DNA of 64,000 nt, from the NCBI GenBank assembly GCA_021818445.1, contig JAKAEB010000011.1, forward strand, positions 2,269 through 66,268, in the 5' to 3' direction. The notes beneath the pieces are model-generated. The model was not told where the DNA came from. It searched no databases and worked only from the letters and a program-made list of their open reading frames with translations. Positions 48,660 to 59,810 of the stretch are shown in pieces. The number at the start of each line of letters is the position of its first letter. Position 1 is the first letter of the stretch. Made by a program: the position numbers and the translations under genes. The DNA is from Planctomycetota bacterium (GTDB lineage: Bacteria; Planctomycetota; Phycisphaerae; WQYP01).

Positions 48660-50216
48660 GTGAAACAGGTATATCTTGAAACTTTTGGCTGCCAGATGAA
48701 CGTGCTCGACAGTGAGTTGGTCGAAGGGCAACTGCGTGCGCTGGGCTATCAGTTTGTATCCAAACCAGAGGCGGCCGACATCGTGCTGTACAACACATGC
48801 TCGGTGCGGCAAAAGTCGGAAGATAAGGTTCTATCACGATTGGGTTTAATGGGCATCCGAAAGCAAACCGACCCCAACCTGCTGGTGGGTGTCATCGGCT
48901 GCATGGCAGAGCGGGACGGCGGCGCGTTATTCAAACGCATGCCACAGGTAGACCTGCTTTGCGGGCCAAGCGAGCTCGACAGGCTGCCCACCCTGCTGGA
49001 AAATGTTTATAAGACGGGGCGTCAGCAGTCGGCTTTGGCGGGAAATACCTCGCGTCGCAGTGCGCTTGCGGCCGACCTGGACGATGACCACCTGGAGGCG
49101 TTGGATTTATCGCGATCATTTTCGCCGGAGAGAAATAAATATCAGGCTTACATCCGCATTGTGCGGGGTTGCAATAAGTTTTGCACCTATTGCGTGGTGC
49201 CTTACACGCGCGGGCCGGAGGTAAGCCGGTCGCCGGTGGCCATTTATGATGAGGCACGGCGCTGCATCGATGCCGGGGCGCGCGAAATAACACTGCTGGG
49301 GCAAACGGTTAATCACTATCGCCACATGCAGGCTCGCACATCAACACCCCAAGGGCCGGCGGAAAAGGCATTTACATTTGCAGATCTGCTGGCTTATCTG
49401 CATGAAAAACTTCCGGACCTGCCACGATTACGATTTATCACCAGTTATCCGGCAGATTTTGGCGATGACATATTGGACACCATGCAAGCCTGCCCGAGGA
49501 TTTGCCGCTATCTGCACATCCCGGCGCAGTCGGGATCAAACCGTATCCTGAAGCTAATGAATCGGGGATATACGGTTGAAGCATATTTCGACCTGCTGGA
49601 CAGAGCGCGGCAGCGAATGCCGGACATCGTACTTGCTGGAGATATGATCGTTGGCTTTCCGACGGAGACCGCCGAAGATCATGAACTTTCCCGGCAACTG
49701 ATTGAGCGGGCGCGATATAAGAATTGCTTCATATTTAAATATTCACCGCGGCCGGGAACTGTTGCCATCAAACGCCACCCGGACGATGTACCTGAAAGCG
49801 AAAAACGTCGACGAAATAATGATCTGCTGCACTTGCAGGATGAAATATCCGAGCAGCAAAATCGGGAACTGATCGGTCAGACGGTAGACGTGCTGTGCGA
49901 AGGCCCCAGTGGGTGGGATAAGTCGGCGGAGTCGGTCATTGCCGGCGAGCGGGGAGGCGAATCGGTTTATGCGCCGGTCGAATTGGGGCAAAAGCTCTCG
50001 GCGGCGCTGGCTCGAAGAGGCGGCACGGGAGGAAGCAGCACCGCCGATGATGAGACGGTGCAGCTTATGGGTAGAACCCGTGGGGATCAGATTGTGGTTT
50101 TTGACGGGCCGCTCGCGCTGGAGGGAACAATTGTTCCGGTTCAGGTGCGGGCCGCCCATGCGATGACCATATTCGCGTCAAGGGTTGAGGCCGAGGCGGC
50201 ATGTCCGGCCTGTTGA
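48660..50216 (+). CDS. miaB: radical-SAM methylthiotransferase, MiaB family (tRNA-i6A37 methylthiotransferase-like)
   Basis: N-terminal MTTase domain (ETFGCQMNVLDSE), radical SAM CNKFCTYCVVP cluster motif, C-terminal TRAM-like region. Confidence 0.8.
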   Translation: MKQVYLETFGCQMNVLDSELVEGQLRALGYQFVSKPEAADIVLYNTCSVRQKSEDKVLSRLGLMGIRKQTDPNLLVGVIGCMAERDGGALFKRMPQVDLLCGPSELDRLPTLLENVYKTGRQQSALAGNTSRRSALAADLDDDHLEALDLSRSFSPERNKYQAYIRIVRGCNKFCTYCVVPYTRGPEVSRSPVAIYDEARRCIDAGAREITLLGQTVNHYRHMQARTSTPQGPAEKAFTFADLLAYLHEKLPDLPRLRFITSYPADFGDDILDTMQACPRICRYLHIPAQSGSNRILKLMNRGYTVEAYFDLLDRARQRMPDIVLAGDMIVGFPTETAEDHELSRQLIERARYKNCFIFKYSPRPGTVAIKRHPDDVPESEKRRRNNDLLHLQDEISEQQNRELIGQTVDVLCEGPSGWDKSAESVIAGERGGESVYAPVELGQKLSAALARRGGTGGSSTADDETVQLMGRTRGDQIVVFDGPLALEGTIVPVQVRAAHAMTIFASRVEAEAACPAC

Positions 50217-50413
50217 CTGGCGCAAAAGATGGCATGCCGTGGCCCGGATTGTTGCCCCGCGGGCGGTTTGACACGGGTTTGGGCGCCCCTTATGGGACGG
50301 GAGGGCTAATTGAATATTTACATTTTTCATTTGCAATTTGGGTATCTTTGTCGGTAGCATAGGGACAAGAATTGCTGACGGTTTACGGTTAAGACCATCT
50401 CATCGATAGAGCA

Positions 50414-51322
50414 GTGAACCGGGCAAGCTGGAATAACGGTAGGAGAGAGCCTATGGCAGCCGATTCCGAACTTGGTATCTATCTGGAAGAGATTCGTAAG
50501 TTACCACTGCTGACTCCCGAGCGGGAGCGGCAGTTGGCCGACAGGATCATTGCCGGGGATAAGCATGCCCGCGATGAAATGATTCGGTGTAACCTGCGGC
50601 TGGTGGTGAGCGTTGCGCGACAATTTACGCATCGCGGTCTTTCGCTGGCGGATCTCATCGCTGAAGGAAATGTCGGATTGATACGCGCGGTGGAGATGTT
50701 TGATCCTAAATTCCAGACGCGATTCAGTACCTACGCCACCTGGTGGATACGCCAAGCCATTCGCAAGGCAATTTCCACGACGGCCCAGTCGATTCGCATT
50801 CCCACCTACATTCATGCCAAACTCGGCGAGATGAACGACGCGGCTGCTCGATTTAAGAATGGTAATGGGCGTGCGCCCAACAGCGGTGAACTGGCGACCG
50901 AGATGGGAACCACCAAGCGGCAAACAGCCTTGGTAGAACAGGCCCAACGGACACGCCGCGTGACTCTGCAGGCCAATGATCAATCAGGTGCAAAAACATC
51001 TGCACATGAAATTATTATTGATTCCAATTGCCAGCCGCCCGAATCACAAATGGAAACCGCCGAGGCGATATCCATGATTCGGCACTATGTAAAATATCTA
51101 ACTGAACGTGAGGCGTCGATAATGACGTGGCGACACGGGCTTGATGGCAATCCGCCGTGCACACTGGATCAGATTGCCAAACGCATTGCCCTCACAAGAG
51201 AGCGCGTGCGCCAGATTGAAAATCAGGCTATGGGGAAATTGCATCGCATGATGCACGATCGACAGTACATGGTGGAACAGCCCACCCACCGGGTGCGGGG
51301 TGCCATGCGGAAGATGGCTTAA
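50414..51322 (+). CDS. RNA polymerase sigma factor, sigma-70 family (group 3-like)
   Basis: RLVVSVARQFTHRGLSLADLIAEGNVGLIRAVEMFDPKFQTRFSTYATWWIRQAI (region 2) and C-terminal region 4 helix-turn-helix (LDQIAKRIALTRERVRQIENQAMGKL). The start may be the Met at 50453. Confidence 0.75.
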   Translation: MNRASWNNGRREPMAADSELGIYLEEIRKLPLLTPERERQLADRIIAGDKHARDEMIRCNLRLVVSVARQFTHRGLSLADLIAEGNVGLIRAVEMFDPKFQTRFSTYATWWIRQAIRKAISTTAQSIRIPTYIHAKLGEMNDAAARFKNGNGRAPNSGELATEMGTTKRQTALVEQAQRTRRVTLQANDQSGAKTSAHEIIIDSNCQPPESQMETAEAISMIRHYVKYLTEREASIMTWRHGLDGNPPCTLDQIAKRIALTRERVRQIENQAMGKLHRMMHDRQYMVEQPTHRVRGAMRKMA

Positions 51323-51366
51323 CGTTATTAAACAAAGGGTTAAGTGGGGGTCATTCTCAGCGGTGA

Positions 51367-53883
51367 TTAAACATTGCCGTCCAATAGTTCCAGCTTGGCA
51401 AACGCGAGTACAAGCGTTTTTCGGCCGACTTTTCGGAAGTCAATAACCGCCCGTGAATTGTCGCCATTTTCAAAGTAGTCTTCCACCCGCCCCACACCAA
51501 AAAGAGGGTGCCGCACCAGCATCCCCCGTCGAAACTTGTCATTCGAGGCGGTCGCGACATCACCAGATGGTTTTTTATCCATCGGCAAACCCTGCGGACG
51601 CTTGGGATAGTACTGAACATTATCACGATAACCGGGCGATCCCGCTGGTCGTGCCTGCCGAAAGGCATCAAACATCTCTATGCAGTCCTTGGGCAATTCA
51701 CTGACAAAGCGCGAGGGAGTGCGGCCTTCGCCAAAGCCGCGCGTCATCCGGCTCAGGGCACCAGTGAGAATCAGGCGTTTTTTGGCACGGGTCATGCCGA
51801 CAAATGCCAGGCGCCGTTCCTCTTCCATATCCGCATCATCGCGATTGGATTTGCCAAATGACCTGGACATCGGCAATGTGCCCTCTTCAAGACCGATCAT
51901 AATAACCAATGGGAATTCCAACCCTTTGGCGGCATGCAGCGTCATAAGGGTAACCGAACCACGCTCATCCTTTAGCTTATCAACATCCGACACCAATGTG
52001 ACCTGCTCCAGATATTCGCTCAGCGTGCCGTTGGGATTTTGCGTCGTGAACTCCGCGGCCACATTGATTAATTCCAGCAGGTTGTTGATGCGCTCCACTT
52101 CCTCGGCGTCGCGCTTGTCGTGGTCGATGAGTTTGAAAATTCGCAGCATACGGTCCATCAGTGCGGCCACGCCGCGCAGCGACTTGTTGGGTGCGGCGGA
52201 AGCATCCAGTTCCATGACGGCTTCATCAATGACCCCGGCGGCGTCGTGGGATTCATCGCCACTGCTTTGATGCGAATTAAATTCACCGTCAGCGGTGTTT
52301 GACGAAAAAAGCCGGTCCGTGCGGACATCATCGGCAAAATCAGGTACGGGCAGGTCGGCTTCGTCCACATGCCCGGCGACGGCGTCGGCCGGCCCACCAT
52401 CCGAAGATTTTTCCCCTGGCAAAGCCGCGGATGGCTTAAGTAGATGCAAATATTCCGATCGGCACAATTCCATGTGGTGGGCAAATACCCGGGCGGCATT
52501 GGCGGCTTTTTTGGTCAGCCCCTCGATCTCCTGCGCCCGGGCGCAGGCTTCAACCAGATTGATGCCCTTTTCCTGTGCCCAGAAAATCAGGCGGTCCATA
52601 CTCCCGGCCCCGATACCCCGCGTGGGGACATTGATGATGCGTTCAAAACTGACGCGGTCGGAAGGGTTGATCAGCAGCCGCAGATAGGCCAATGCGTCTT
52701 TAACCTCTTTACGGGCGTAAAATTCGGTACCGCGGACTATCTGGTATGGTATCGCGGCCTCCATCAGAGAATCTTCCAGCACGCGTGATAAGGAATTAAT
52801 ACGGTACAGGACTGCCATCTCATCCCAGCGTGTGTTATGCTGGTCAAACATTTCACGCAGTTGGCGGGCCACGTTGCGGGCCTCTTCGCGTTCGTCGGCA
52901 GAAAAGATTACCTTAATCCGCGCCCCCTGCTCATTATTGGTCCAGAGCGATTTGTTTTTTCTCTGAACGTTATTGGTAATCAGAGCGGATGCGGCCTTGA
53001 GGATCGTCTTGGTGCTGCGGTAGTTCTGCTCCAATCGAACAACCTTGGCATTAGGAAAATGCTGTTCAAAATCAAGTATGTTGCCCAAATTGGCCCCGCG
53101 CCAGCCATAGATGGATTGATCGGGGTCGCCGGTGGCGCAAATATTCTGATGTTTGAGCGCCAGCATATGGCAAATGACAAACTGTGCGTGATTGGTATCC
53201 TGATATTCATCAATTAAAATATATTGAAAGCGATCCTGCAGCCGCTCGCGAATTTCCAGGTTATCGCGCAGCAGCATGGCCATCCTCAGGAGCAGATCAT
53301 CAAAGTCCACCGCCTTGTTTTCTTTCATAAGTTGCTCGTAAGCAGCGAACGCCCGGGCGATATTGCGGGAAGCGAAGTCGGTATTATGGGCCGCAAATTG
53401 CTCGGCCTGCTGGAGGCGGTTTTTGCTTTTGCTGATGGCGGAAAGCAGCCGCGCCGGGGGCAATAGTTCAGCGCTGATGCCGGCCCTTTCCAGTGCCAAT
53501 TTGGCCATCTTGTTCTGGTCTGAACTATCCATGATGTTGAAATTGGGTTCCAGCCCGGCAAATGAGGCGTACTCGCGCAGCAGTTTGGCACACAGGCTGT
53601 GGAAGGTGGCCACCGTTACACCCGCGCGCTGGCGTCCGGGGAGAAAGGTCAGCAATTCACCGATGCGTTCGCGCATCTCCCCCGCCGCTTTGTTGGTAAA
53701 TGTGACCGCCAGGATATTGAACGGCGATATCCCAACCGATACCAGATACGCCACACGGCGCGTGATGGTGCGCGTCTTACCCGAACCGGCACCCGCGAGT
53801 ACCAACAGCGGGCCATCGACGTGGGTTACAGCTTCAATCTGCTCGGGGGTTAAATCTGCGAGAATATCCGTTGTGTCCGCCAT
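51367..53883 (-). CDS. ATP-dependent DNA helicase, UvrD/PcrA/Rep family (838 aa, with long C-terminal extension)
   Basis: LLVLAGAGSGKTRTI Walker A, DEYQDTN, and motif VI VGMTRAKKRL. Confidence 0.85.
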   Translation of the reverse strand: MADTTDILADLTPEQIEAVTHVDGPLLVLAGAGSGKTRTITRRVAYLVSVGISPFNILAVTFTNKAAGEMRERIGELLTFLPGRQRAGVTVATFHSLCAKLLREYASFAGLEPNFNIMDSSDQNKMAKLALERAGISAELLPPARLLSAISKSKNRLQQAEQFAAHNTDFASRNIARAFAAYEQLMKENKAVDFDDLLLRMAMLLRDNLEIRERLQDRFQYILIDEYQDTNHAQFVICHMLALKHQNICATGDPDQSIYGWRGANLGNILDFEQHFPNAKVVRLEQNYRSTKTILKAASALITNNVQRKNKSLWTNNEQGARIKVIFSADEREEARNVARQLREMFDQHNTRWDEMAVLYRINSLSRVLEDSLMEAAIPYQIVRGTEFYARKEVKDALAYLRLLINPSDRVSFERIINVPTRGIGAGSMDRLIFWAQEKGINLVEACARAQEIEGLTKKAANAARVFAHHMELCRSEYLHLLKPSAALPGEKSSDGGPADAVAGHVDEADLPVPDFADDVRTDRLFSSNTADGEFNSHQSSGDESHDAAGVIDEAVMELDASAAPNKSLRGVAALMDRMLRIFKLIDHDKRDAEEVERINNLLELINVAAEFTTQNPNGTLSEYLEQVTLVSDVDKLKDERGSVTLMTLHAAKGLEFPLVIMIGLEEGTLPMSRSFGKSNRDDADMEEERRLAFVGMTRAKKRLILTGALSRMTRGFGEGRTPSRFVSELPKDCIEMFDAFRQARPAGSPGYRDNVQYYPKRPQGLPMDKKPSGDVATASNDKFRRGMLVRHPLFGVGRVEDYFENGDNSRAVIDFRKVGRKTLVLAFAKLELLDGNV

Positions 53884-54019
53884 TGAGTTTCCCGGTTAGC
53901 TCCGTCAAATTCCGAATACGGCAATATAACATTTTTTCGCCTGGAGCGTAGTGTGACATCATAGGGGCATACACCTTGGGCGGGGGGAGATCGCAGTTAC
54001 CCAAACCGCGCTTTGGCGA

Positions 54020-55489
54020 TTGACAAGGTATACAATACGTCATGCACCCGCCGCCGACTGGAGACTACTCATCGTGGGAAACGCCATTCATTGGTTTCGC
54101 CGGGATTTGCGCATTTCTGACAACTCAGCTTTGCAACTTGCCGCCCGCCGGGGCGATGGTGTCGTTGGCGTATTTGTGATTGATGACCGTTGGTTTCCAG
54201 CCCATACCGGAAAAATGGGGGCATTTCAGGCCCAATTTTGGTTGGAAAGTCTGCGTGCATTGAGCGCGGAGTTAGAGAGGCATCACGTTCCATTGCGGAT
54301 TGTGCGATCGTCAGACCCGGTCAAGGCCGTGGTAGATTTAGCGCACAAAGTGGGTGCCACGCTGATTACCTTCAACAAAGATTACGACCCCGACCAACTG
54401 GCAATGGATCGGCGACTGGAGCGAACGGCGAAAACAAACGGCATCGAAGCGGTAGCGCTGAAAGACGCGGTGATATTTGAAGAATTTGAGGTGCTTACCG
54501 GTACCAATAGTACGTACACCGTATTTTCGCCCTACAAACGCGCCTGGCTGGCCAAATTTCAACCGGCTCACGCCGCCGTTTCTGGCCCGCCGCGAGTTTC
54601 ACGGCGGTACCCAATGGTTTCCGATCCGGTGCCCGCTGGCGAATCGCTGGGGTATCCAAAAGTTACATTGCCCGTGCCGATTGGTGAAGCGGGCGGCGCG
54701 GCCATGCTGGAGGAATTTGCGAAGCATCGAATTGGCTTTTACAAAAAAGACCGCGACTACCCTGCCCTTAATGGCGTTTCAAAATTGTCCAGCCATTTAA
54801 GCGCGGGCACCGTATCGATACGTCAATGCGTACGCGCGGCGATTGCACAGGGAGCTTTGCGAGGGTGCGGCGGTGCTGAACATTGGCTTTCCGAATTGAT
54901 CTGGCGCGAATTTTACAAGATGGTAATTTTTCATTTTCCGCATACCGTACGCTCGGCCTTTCAACAGAGGTATGACCATTTGCAATGGTCCAGCGCAGAG
55001 AATCTGGTCACTGCCTGGAAGCAAGCCCGCACCGGCTACCCCATTGTGGATGCAGCGATGCGGCAGCTTCAAACCACCGGCTTGATGCACAACCGTTTGC
55101 GGATGATCGCAGCGATGTTTCTCACCAAAGACCTTGATACGGACTGGCGCATCGGGGAGCGGCATTTCATGCAAGCTCTTATGGATTACGATCAAGCCAG
55201 TAACGTGGGTGGGTGGCAATGGAGTGCCGGAACGGGCACCGACGCGGCCCCTTACTTTCGAATTATGAATCCGATTCTCCAAGGGCAGCGATACGACCCG
55301 GATGGAGTTTTTGTTAAATCGATGTTGCCGGAACTTTCAAACGTTCCCGCCAAGTTTGTACATGAACCCTGGATGATGCCATCCGAACTGCAGCGCGAAT
55401 ACCGATGCATCATTGGAAGCGACTACCCAGCCCCCATCGTAGACCATAACGAGGCACGTGAGGCAGCGATCAAGAAATTTCAGATGTGA
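54020..55489 (+). CDS. phrB: deoxyribodipyrimidine photolyase / cryptochrome family protein
   Basis: N-terminal photolyase alpha/beta domain (IHWFRRDLRISDN) and C-terminal FAD-binding domain (WREFY, GWQWSAG, MHNRLRMI). Confidence 0.8.
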   Translation: MTRYTIRHAPAADWRLLIVGNAIHWFRRDLRISDNSALQLAARRGDGVVGVFVIDDRWFPAHTGKMGAFQAQFWLESLRALSAELERHHVPLRIVRSSDPVKAVVDLAHKVGATLITFNKDYDPDQLAMDRRLERTAKTNGIEAVALKDAVIFEEFEVLTGTNSTYTVFSPYKRAWLAKFQPAHAAVSGPPRVSRRYPMVSDPVPAGESLGYPKVTLPVPIGEAGGAAMLEEFAKHRIGFYKKDRDYPALNGVSKLSSHLSAGTVSIRQCVRAAIAQGALRGCGGAEHWLSELIWREFYKMVIFHFPHTVRSAFQQRYDHLQWSSAENLVTAWKQARTGYPIVDAAMRQLQTTGLMHNRLRMIAAMFLTKDLDTDWRIGERHFMQALMDYDQASNVGGWQWSAGTGTDAAPYFRIMNPILQGQRYDPDGVFVKSMLPELSNVPAKFVHEPWMMPSELQREYRCIIGSDYPAPIVDHNEAREAAIKKFQM

Positions 55490-55710
55490 CCGGCGGCAAA
55501 ACATATTCCTTAAACATAATGTCCGATTATGATCGATAGGGGCAGATTACTGCAGCGGTGACCCGCCTCAGCCCCATACGATTACCACACCAGTGACCCT
55601 CACAGCCACGGTTTAAACTGGGCGCGCAGGTTGCACGCGCAAAAGCAACCAGCCGGGGTGCGGAGGCGTTTTTACCCGGAAGATCAATCCGCCGGTGTCG
55701 CTACCGTGTG

Positions 55711-55905
55711 TTACTTATGGTCCGGGTCGTCTTCGTCGGTGGGATCAAGTGGGCGCGACGTCAGATAGCTGCCATCCATCCAGCGGCCGAGGTCAACAAG
55801 GCGGCATCTCTGGCTGCAAAATGGAAACGCCTGATCATCCAGCGGGGCCGCCGGCTTTTTGCAAATCGGGCATCGAGGTGAATTGAAAGCTGATGGGGCA
55901 TCCAT
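55711..55905 (-). CDS. yacG: DNA gyrase inhibitor YacG-like zinc-ribbon protein
   Basis: CPICKKP...FPFCSQRCRLVDLGRW, the YacG C4 zinc-finger pattern; 64 aa. Confidence 0.6.
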   Translation of the reverse strand: MDAPSAFNSPRCPICKKPAAPLDDQAFPFCSQRCRLVDLGRWMDGSYLTSRPLDPTDEDDPDHK

Positions 55906-55913
55906 GGATCAAC

Positions 55914-56279
55914 TCACGATCTGTTCTTGCCAGTCTTTTTCGAGGTGGCCGGTTTGGATTCGGCCGCCGGTGCCGGGGTTGATGCCGCCGGGGTTTTTGT
56001 TGCAGATTCCGATGTGGCTGGGGCTTTGGCATCGCCGGCGGGTTTGGCGGCGTCGCCGGTCGAGGATTCATTTTTAGCCGCCGCCTTATAACTATCCGAC
56101 CGGTAGTCGGTTTCATAAAACCCGCTGCCTTTGAAAATGACTCCGGCACCGGCGGAAATCAGCCGCCGGGCGGAATTTTTTCCGCAATTGGGACACTTTT
56201 TGAGCGGCTTGGCGGTGATGGATTGAAACGCTTCAAATTTTTCACCGCACGCGGAGCACTGATATTCATAGGTTGGCAT
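55914..56279 (-). CDS. FmdB-family zinc-ribbon protein with Ala/Pro/Lys-rich C-terminal tail
   Basis: MPTYEYQCSACGEKFE...CPNCG N-terminal CxxC...CxxC (FmdB/putative regulatory protein family). Confidence 0.55.
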   Translation of the reverse strand: MPTYEYQCSACGEKFEAFQSITAKPLKKCPNCGKNSARRLISAGAGVIFKGSGFYETDYRSDSYKAAAKNESSTGDAAKPAGDAKAPATSESATKTPAASTPAPAAESKPATSKKTGKNRS

Positions 56280-56315
56280 AATATAAAATTCCTAATCTTC
56301 GGTACCGGCCGTCTT

Positions 56316-56861
56316 TCACGACGCCGCAGACACCTTGACTTTAGCCGACCGAAGCAACCGGTCGCCGCAGCGGTATCCCCTTTGCAATGTCTGGAGGACA
56401 GTTGATGGTGGAACCTTATCAGATGGCTCGGTCGAAATCGCTTCATGTCGGAACGGATCGAAGGGCTTGCCGGTGGGGTCAAACGATTCAATGCCGCGCT
56501 TCTGCAAAATTTTTATCAGTTCGTCGTAAGTTATCTTGACACCATCGAGAATGCTCTTGGCATCCACCTGCCGCGGATCAACGGTGAGTGCCATTTCAAA
56601 ATGATCCAGCACGGAAAGGAGCGTTTTGGCGAAATCCGCCTCGGCGGCCTGCCGCGCTTCAAGCAGTTCCTTGGCGGACCGACGCCGGAGATTTTCATAA
56701 TCAGCCTGCCAGCGGGCAAGCGTGGAGCGTAGTTCATTAATTTCGCGCTGCGGGCTGCCCTCACCGGCTGGATCGGCTGGGGCCGATGCCTCATTCGGCG
56801 GGCCATCCGCTGATGGCCTGTCTTGATTTTCGTCAGATTGTTGCGATTCTTTGTGTTTCAT
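56316..56861 (-). CDS. grpE: nucleotide exchange factor GrpE
   Basis: Coiled-coil N-terminus and C-terminal GrpE beta-domain (FDPTGKPFDPFRHEAIS). The start was moved to the internal Met to avoid a 38-nt overlap with dnaJ. Confidence 0.8.
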   Translation of the reverse strand: MKHKESQQSDENQDRPSADGPPNEASAPADPAGEGSPQREINELRSTLARWQADYENLRRRSAKELLEARQAAEADFAKTLLSVLDHFEMALTVDPRQVDAKSILDGVKITYDELIKILQKRGIESFDPTGKPFDPFRHEAISTEPSDKVPPSTVLQTLQRGYRCGDRLLRSAKVKVSAAS

Positions 56862-56886
56862 TTTTTCACCCCTGATGCTCTGAACT

Positions 56887-58038
56887 TTAAGACTTTGTCT
56901 CTGATGCTGATGCGTGGTCACCAACTACGTAGTCGCGCATCTTTTCAAAGAAATTTTTACGGGCTGGTAAAACCGCCTCATCTTCAACCTGTGCGTATTG
57001 CCGCAGCAATTGTTCCTGCGTCTTACCCAGTTTGCGAGGAATTTCCACCACAATTCGGGCGACGATATCACCCGTTCGGCCGCCATGGACGTCCGGCAGA
57101 CCGAGCCCCTTGGCGCGGATCAACTCGCCGGGTTGGGTGCCGGGGGGCACGTGCAAAGTGGTTTTTCCAGTCAGGGTGGGCAGTTCCACCTCTGCGCCGA
57201 GGGCCGCCTGCACCATGCTGATGGGCAGATCCAGATAGAGATGATTTTTATCGCGCTGGAAGAATGAATGTTCCGCTACGCGAACATAGACGTGCAGATC
57301 GCCATGCGGTCCACCTTCATTGCCAGGCTCCCCTTCGCCGCGCACTCGCACCGCCTGCCCATCGTGAATGCCAGCGGGGATTTTGACCGATATTTTACGG
57401 TTCAGCAGTGTTTGGCCGCTACCATGGCAGTCGGGGCATGGCTTTTCAATGGTCGCCCCCTGGCCATTACACTTAGGGCAATCGGTCACCATCGAAAATA
57501 TGCCACCAAAGCCGCGCTGCACCACTTGCCCCCGTCCACCGCAAGTGGTGCATATTTTTTTCTTCGTGCCGGGTTTAGCACCCGATCCTTTGCAGGTTTC
57601 GCAGTGGTCATGGCGGGTAAACTCGACATCTTTCTCCACGCCGGACTGCACTTCCTTAAGCGTGATGGAAACCTGCGTTTCGAGGTCGTAGCCACGACTG
57701 GGCCCCTCGCGCCGTCCCCCACCCCCGCCGGCTACACCGCTGAAAATGTCGTTGAACATCGAGAAGATGTCGGTGTACTGCATGTGCGAATAATCATGCA
57801 CGGCAGCACCCTGAAGCCCATCATGGCCGTATTGATCGTAGCGTGATCGTTTTTCAGGATCTGACAGCACCTCGTAGGCTTCAGCGCACTCTTTAAAACG
57901 CACTTCAGCTTCAGCGTTGCCCGGATTACGATCGGGGTGGTGTGCGATGGCGGCTTTGCGATACGCACTTTTTATTTCATCCACGCTGGCACTGCGGGAG
58001 ACCTGCAGGATTTCGTAGTAATCTCGTTTGGTTGGCAT
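56887..58038 (-). CDS. dnaJ: molecular chaperone DnaJ
   Basis: J-domain ([33 protein letters not shown]), G/F region, four CxxCxGxG zinc-finger repeats and C-terminal domains. Start at MPTKRDYY (ATG 58036-58038). Confidence 0.9.
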   Translation of the reverse strand: MPTKRDYYEILQVSRSASVDEIKSAYRKAAIAHHPDRNPGNAEAEVRFKECAEAYEVLSDPEKRSRYDQYGHDGLQGAAVHDYSHMQYTDIFSMFNDIFSGVAGGGGGRREGPSRGYDLETQVSITLKEVQSGVEKDVEFTRHDHCETCKGSGAKPGTKKKICTTCGGRGQVVQRGFGGIFSMVTDCPKCNGQGATIEKPCPDCHGSGQTLLNRKISVKIPAGIHDGQAVRVRGEGEPGNEGGPHGDLHVYVRVAEHSFFQRDKNHLYLDLPISMVQAALGAEVELPTLTGKTTLHVPPGTQPGELIRAKGLGLPDVHGGRTGDIVARIVVEIPRKLGKTQEQLLRQYAQVEDEAVLPARKNFFEKMRDYVVGDHASASETKS

Positions 58039-58054
58039 AAGCATTCCTGCCGGC

Positions 58055-58089
58055 AAAAAAAAAGCCCGAGCCTTCATCCGGCCTCGGGC
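58055..58089 (-). terminator. rho-independent terminator downstream of the distal groEL (minus strand)
   Basis: On the minus strand, GCCCGAGGCC-loop-GGCTCGGGC hairpin followed by U9; separates the groEL cluster from dnaJ. Confidence 0.5.
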
Positions 58090-58149
58090 CATGGAACTCT
58101 CCCTTATAATACGGCGGGATGAGGAGAGATAAAGCCGGTTGGCCGCTGA

Positions 58150-59763
58150 TCAGCGAACGGCACCGGGTATATTCTCCGCATCTTCCTTGACATCCGTAAC
58201 TAAAACATCGGTTGTGAGAAGCAAACCGGAAACCGATGCCGCATTTTGCAGCGCGGTACGATTTACCTTGGCCGGGTCAACGACGCCCATTTTGAACATG
58301 TCGCCGTACTTACCGGTAGCCGCGTCGTAGCCGTAGGAACCTTCTTTCTCCAGAATGGCTTCGACGACCACACTTCCATCCTCACCGGCGTTTTCGCTGA
58401 TCTGACGGGTGGGTGCCTTGAGGGCTTCAATGATGATATCGAAGCCAACTTTTTCATCCCCGCGCGCCTTGGACTTGGCATTTTCTACCGCGGCAATGGC
58501 CCGCAGGAACGCCACGCCACCACCGGGTACGATCCCTTCCTGGGCCGCAGCGCGGGTGGCGTGCAAGGCATCATCAACGCGGAATTTGCGTTCCTTCATG
58601 TTGGTCTCGGTTGCACCGCCAACTCGCAGGACCGCCACGCCACCGGTGAGTTTGGCCAGGCGTTCCTGAAGTTTTTCGCGGTCGTAATCGCTGGTGGTCT
58701 TCTCAATCTGCATGCGTATCTGGGCGATGCGGGCTTCAATATCCTTTTTCTTGCCAGCACCTTCCACGATCGTGGTGTTGTCTTTGTCGACCACAATTCG
58801 TTTGGCACGGCCCAGTTCATCAAGCTCGATCGCGTCGATTTTTGTGCCCAAATCTTCAGAGAAGAATTTGCCACCGGTCACTACCGCCAAGTCGCCCATG
58901 ATGGCCTTACGGCGATCACCAAATCCGGGGGCCTTTACCGAACACACCTTCAAGATGCCACGCAGCCGATTGACCACCAGTGTGGCGAGCGCTTCTGATT
59001 CCACATCCTCCGCCACAATCAGCAATGGCTTACCAGCAGTGGCGATTTTATTGAGCAGCGGCAGGATTTCGCTGATGGTTGAGATTTTTTTCTCAAACAG
59101 GAAGACGTAAGCGTCCTCGAGAATGCACTCCAGCGTGCCGGGGTTGGTCATGAAGTAGGGTGACTGGTAACCTTTGTCAAAGGACATACCTTCCACAAGG
59201 TCCATGGTGGTTTCAATGCCTTTGCCCTCTTCAATCGTCACCACGCCGTCACGCCCAACCCGATCTATCGCATCGGCAATCAGGTTGCCGATCGACGCAT
59301 CCGAATTAGCGGAAATGGTGGCCACCTTGCAGAGGTCGTCACGACCGGAAACCTTCCGCGACATTTCAGCAATGGCGTCGGTAGCGACGGCCACGGCTTT
59401 ATCGATGCCGCGTTTGACCACTACCGGGTTCATGCCGGAAGTAAGGTGCCGGAGTCCTGCACTAAAAATCGCCTCCGCGAGTACGGTGGCCGTGGTGGTG
59501 CCGTCGCCCGCGATATCATTGGTTTTATTGGCGACCTCATTGACGAGCTTGGCACCCATATTTTCAAACGGGTCGGGCAGTTCCACTTCCTTGGCGACAG
59601 TCACGCCGTCGCGTGTAATCTGGGGCGACCCCCAGCTTTTAGATAGCACCACATTCCGGCCGGAAGGCCCCAGCGTAACTTTAACGGCCGAAGCCAACTT
59701 GGTCAGCCCGTCAAATACCTTATTACGGGCGGCCATATCAAACATGAGTTGCTTTGCTGCCAT
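58150..59763 (-). CDS. groEL: chaperonin GroEL (paralogue 2; no Gly-Gly-Met C-terminal tail)
   Basis: Full-length Cpn60 ([15 protein letters not shown]..., [23 protein letters not shown]); ends ...ENIPGAVR. Confidence 0.9.
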   Translation of the reverse strand: MAAKQLMFDMAARNKVFDGLTKLASAVKVTLGPSGRNVVLSKSWGSPQITRDGVTVAKEVELPDPFENMGAKLVNEVANKTNDIAGDGTTTATVLAEAIFSAGLRHLTSGMNPVVVKRGIDKAVAVATDAIAEMSRKVSGRDDLCKVATISANSDASIGNLIADAIDRVGRDGVVTIEEGKGIETTMDLVEGMSFDKGYQSPYFMTNPGTLECILEDAYVFLFEKKISTISEILPLLNKIATAGKPLLIVAEDVESEALATLVVNRLRGILKVCSVKAPGFGDRRKAIMGDLAVVTGGKFFSEDLGTKIDAIELDELGRAKRIVVDKDNTTIVEGAGKKKDIEARIAQIRMQIEKTTSDYDREKLQERLAKLTGGVAVLRVGGATETNMKERKFRVDDALHATRAAAQEGIVPGGGVAFLRAIAAVENAKSKARGDEKVGFDIIIEALKAPTRQISENAGEDGSVVVEAILEKEGSYGYDAATGKYGDMFKMGVVDPAKVNRTALQNAASVSGLLLTTDVLVTDVKEDAENIPGAVR

Positions 59764-59810
59764 GATAATCCCCTAAACTACTGATTTAAAATTAAATTCC
59801 ACATGACGCA

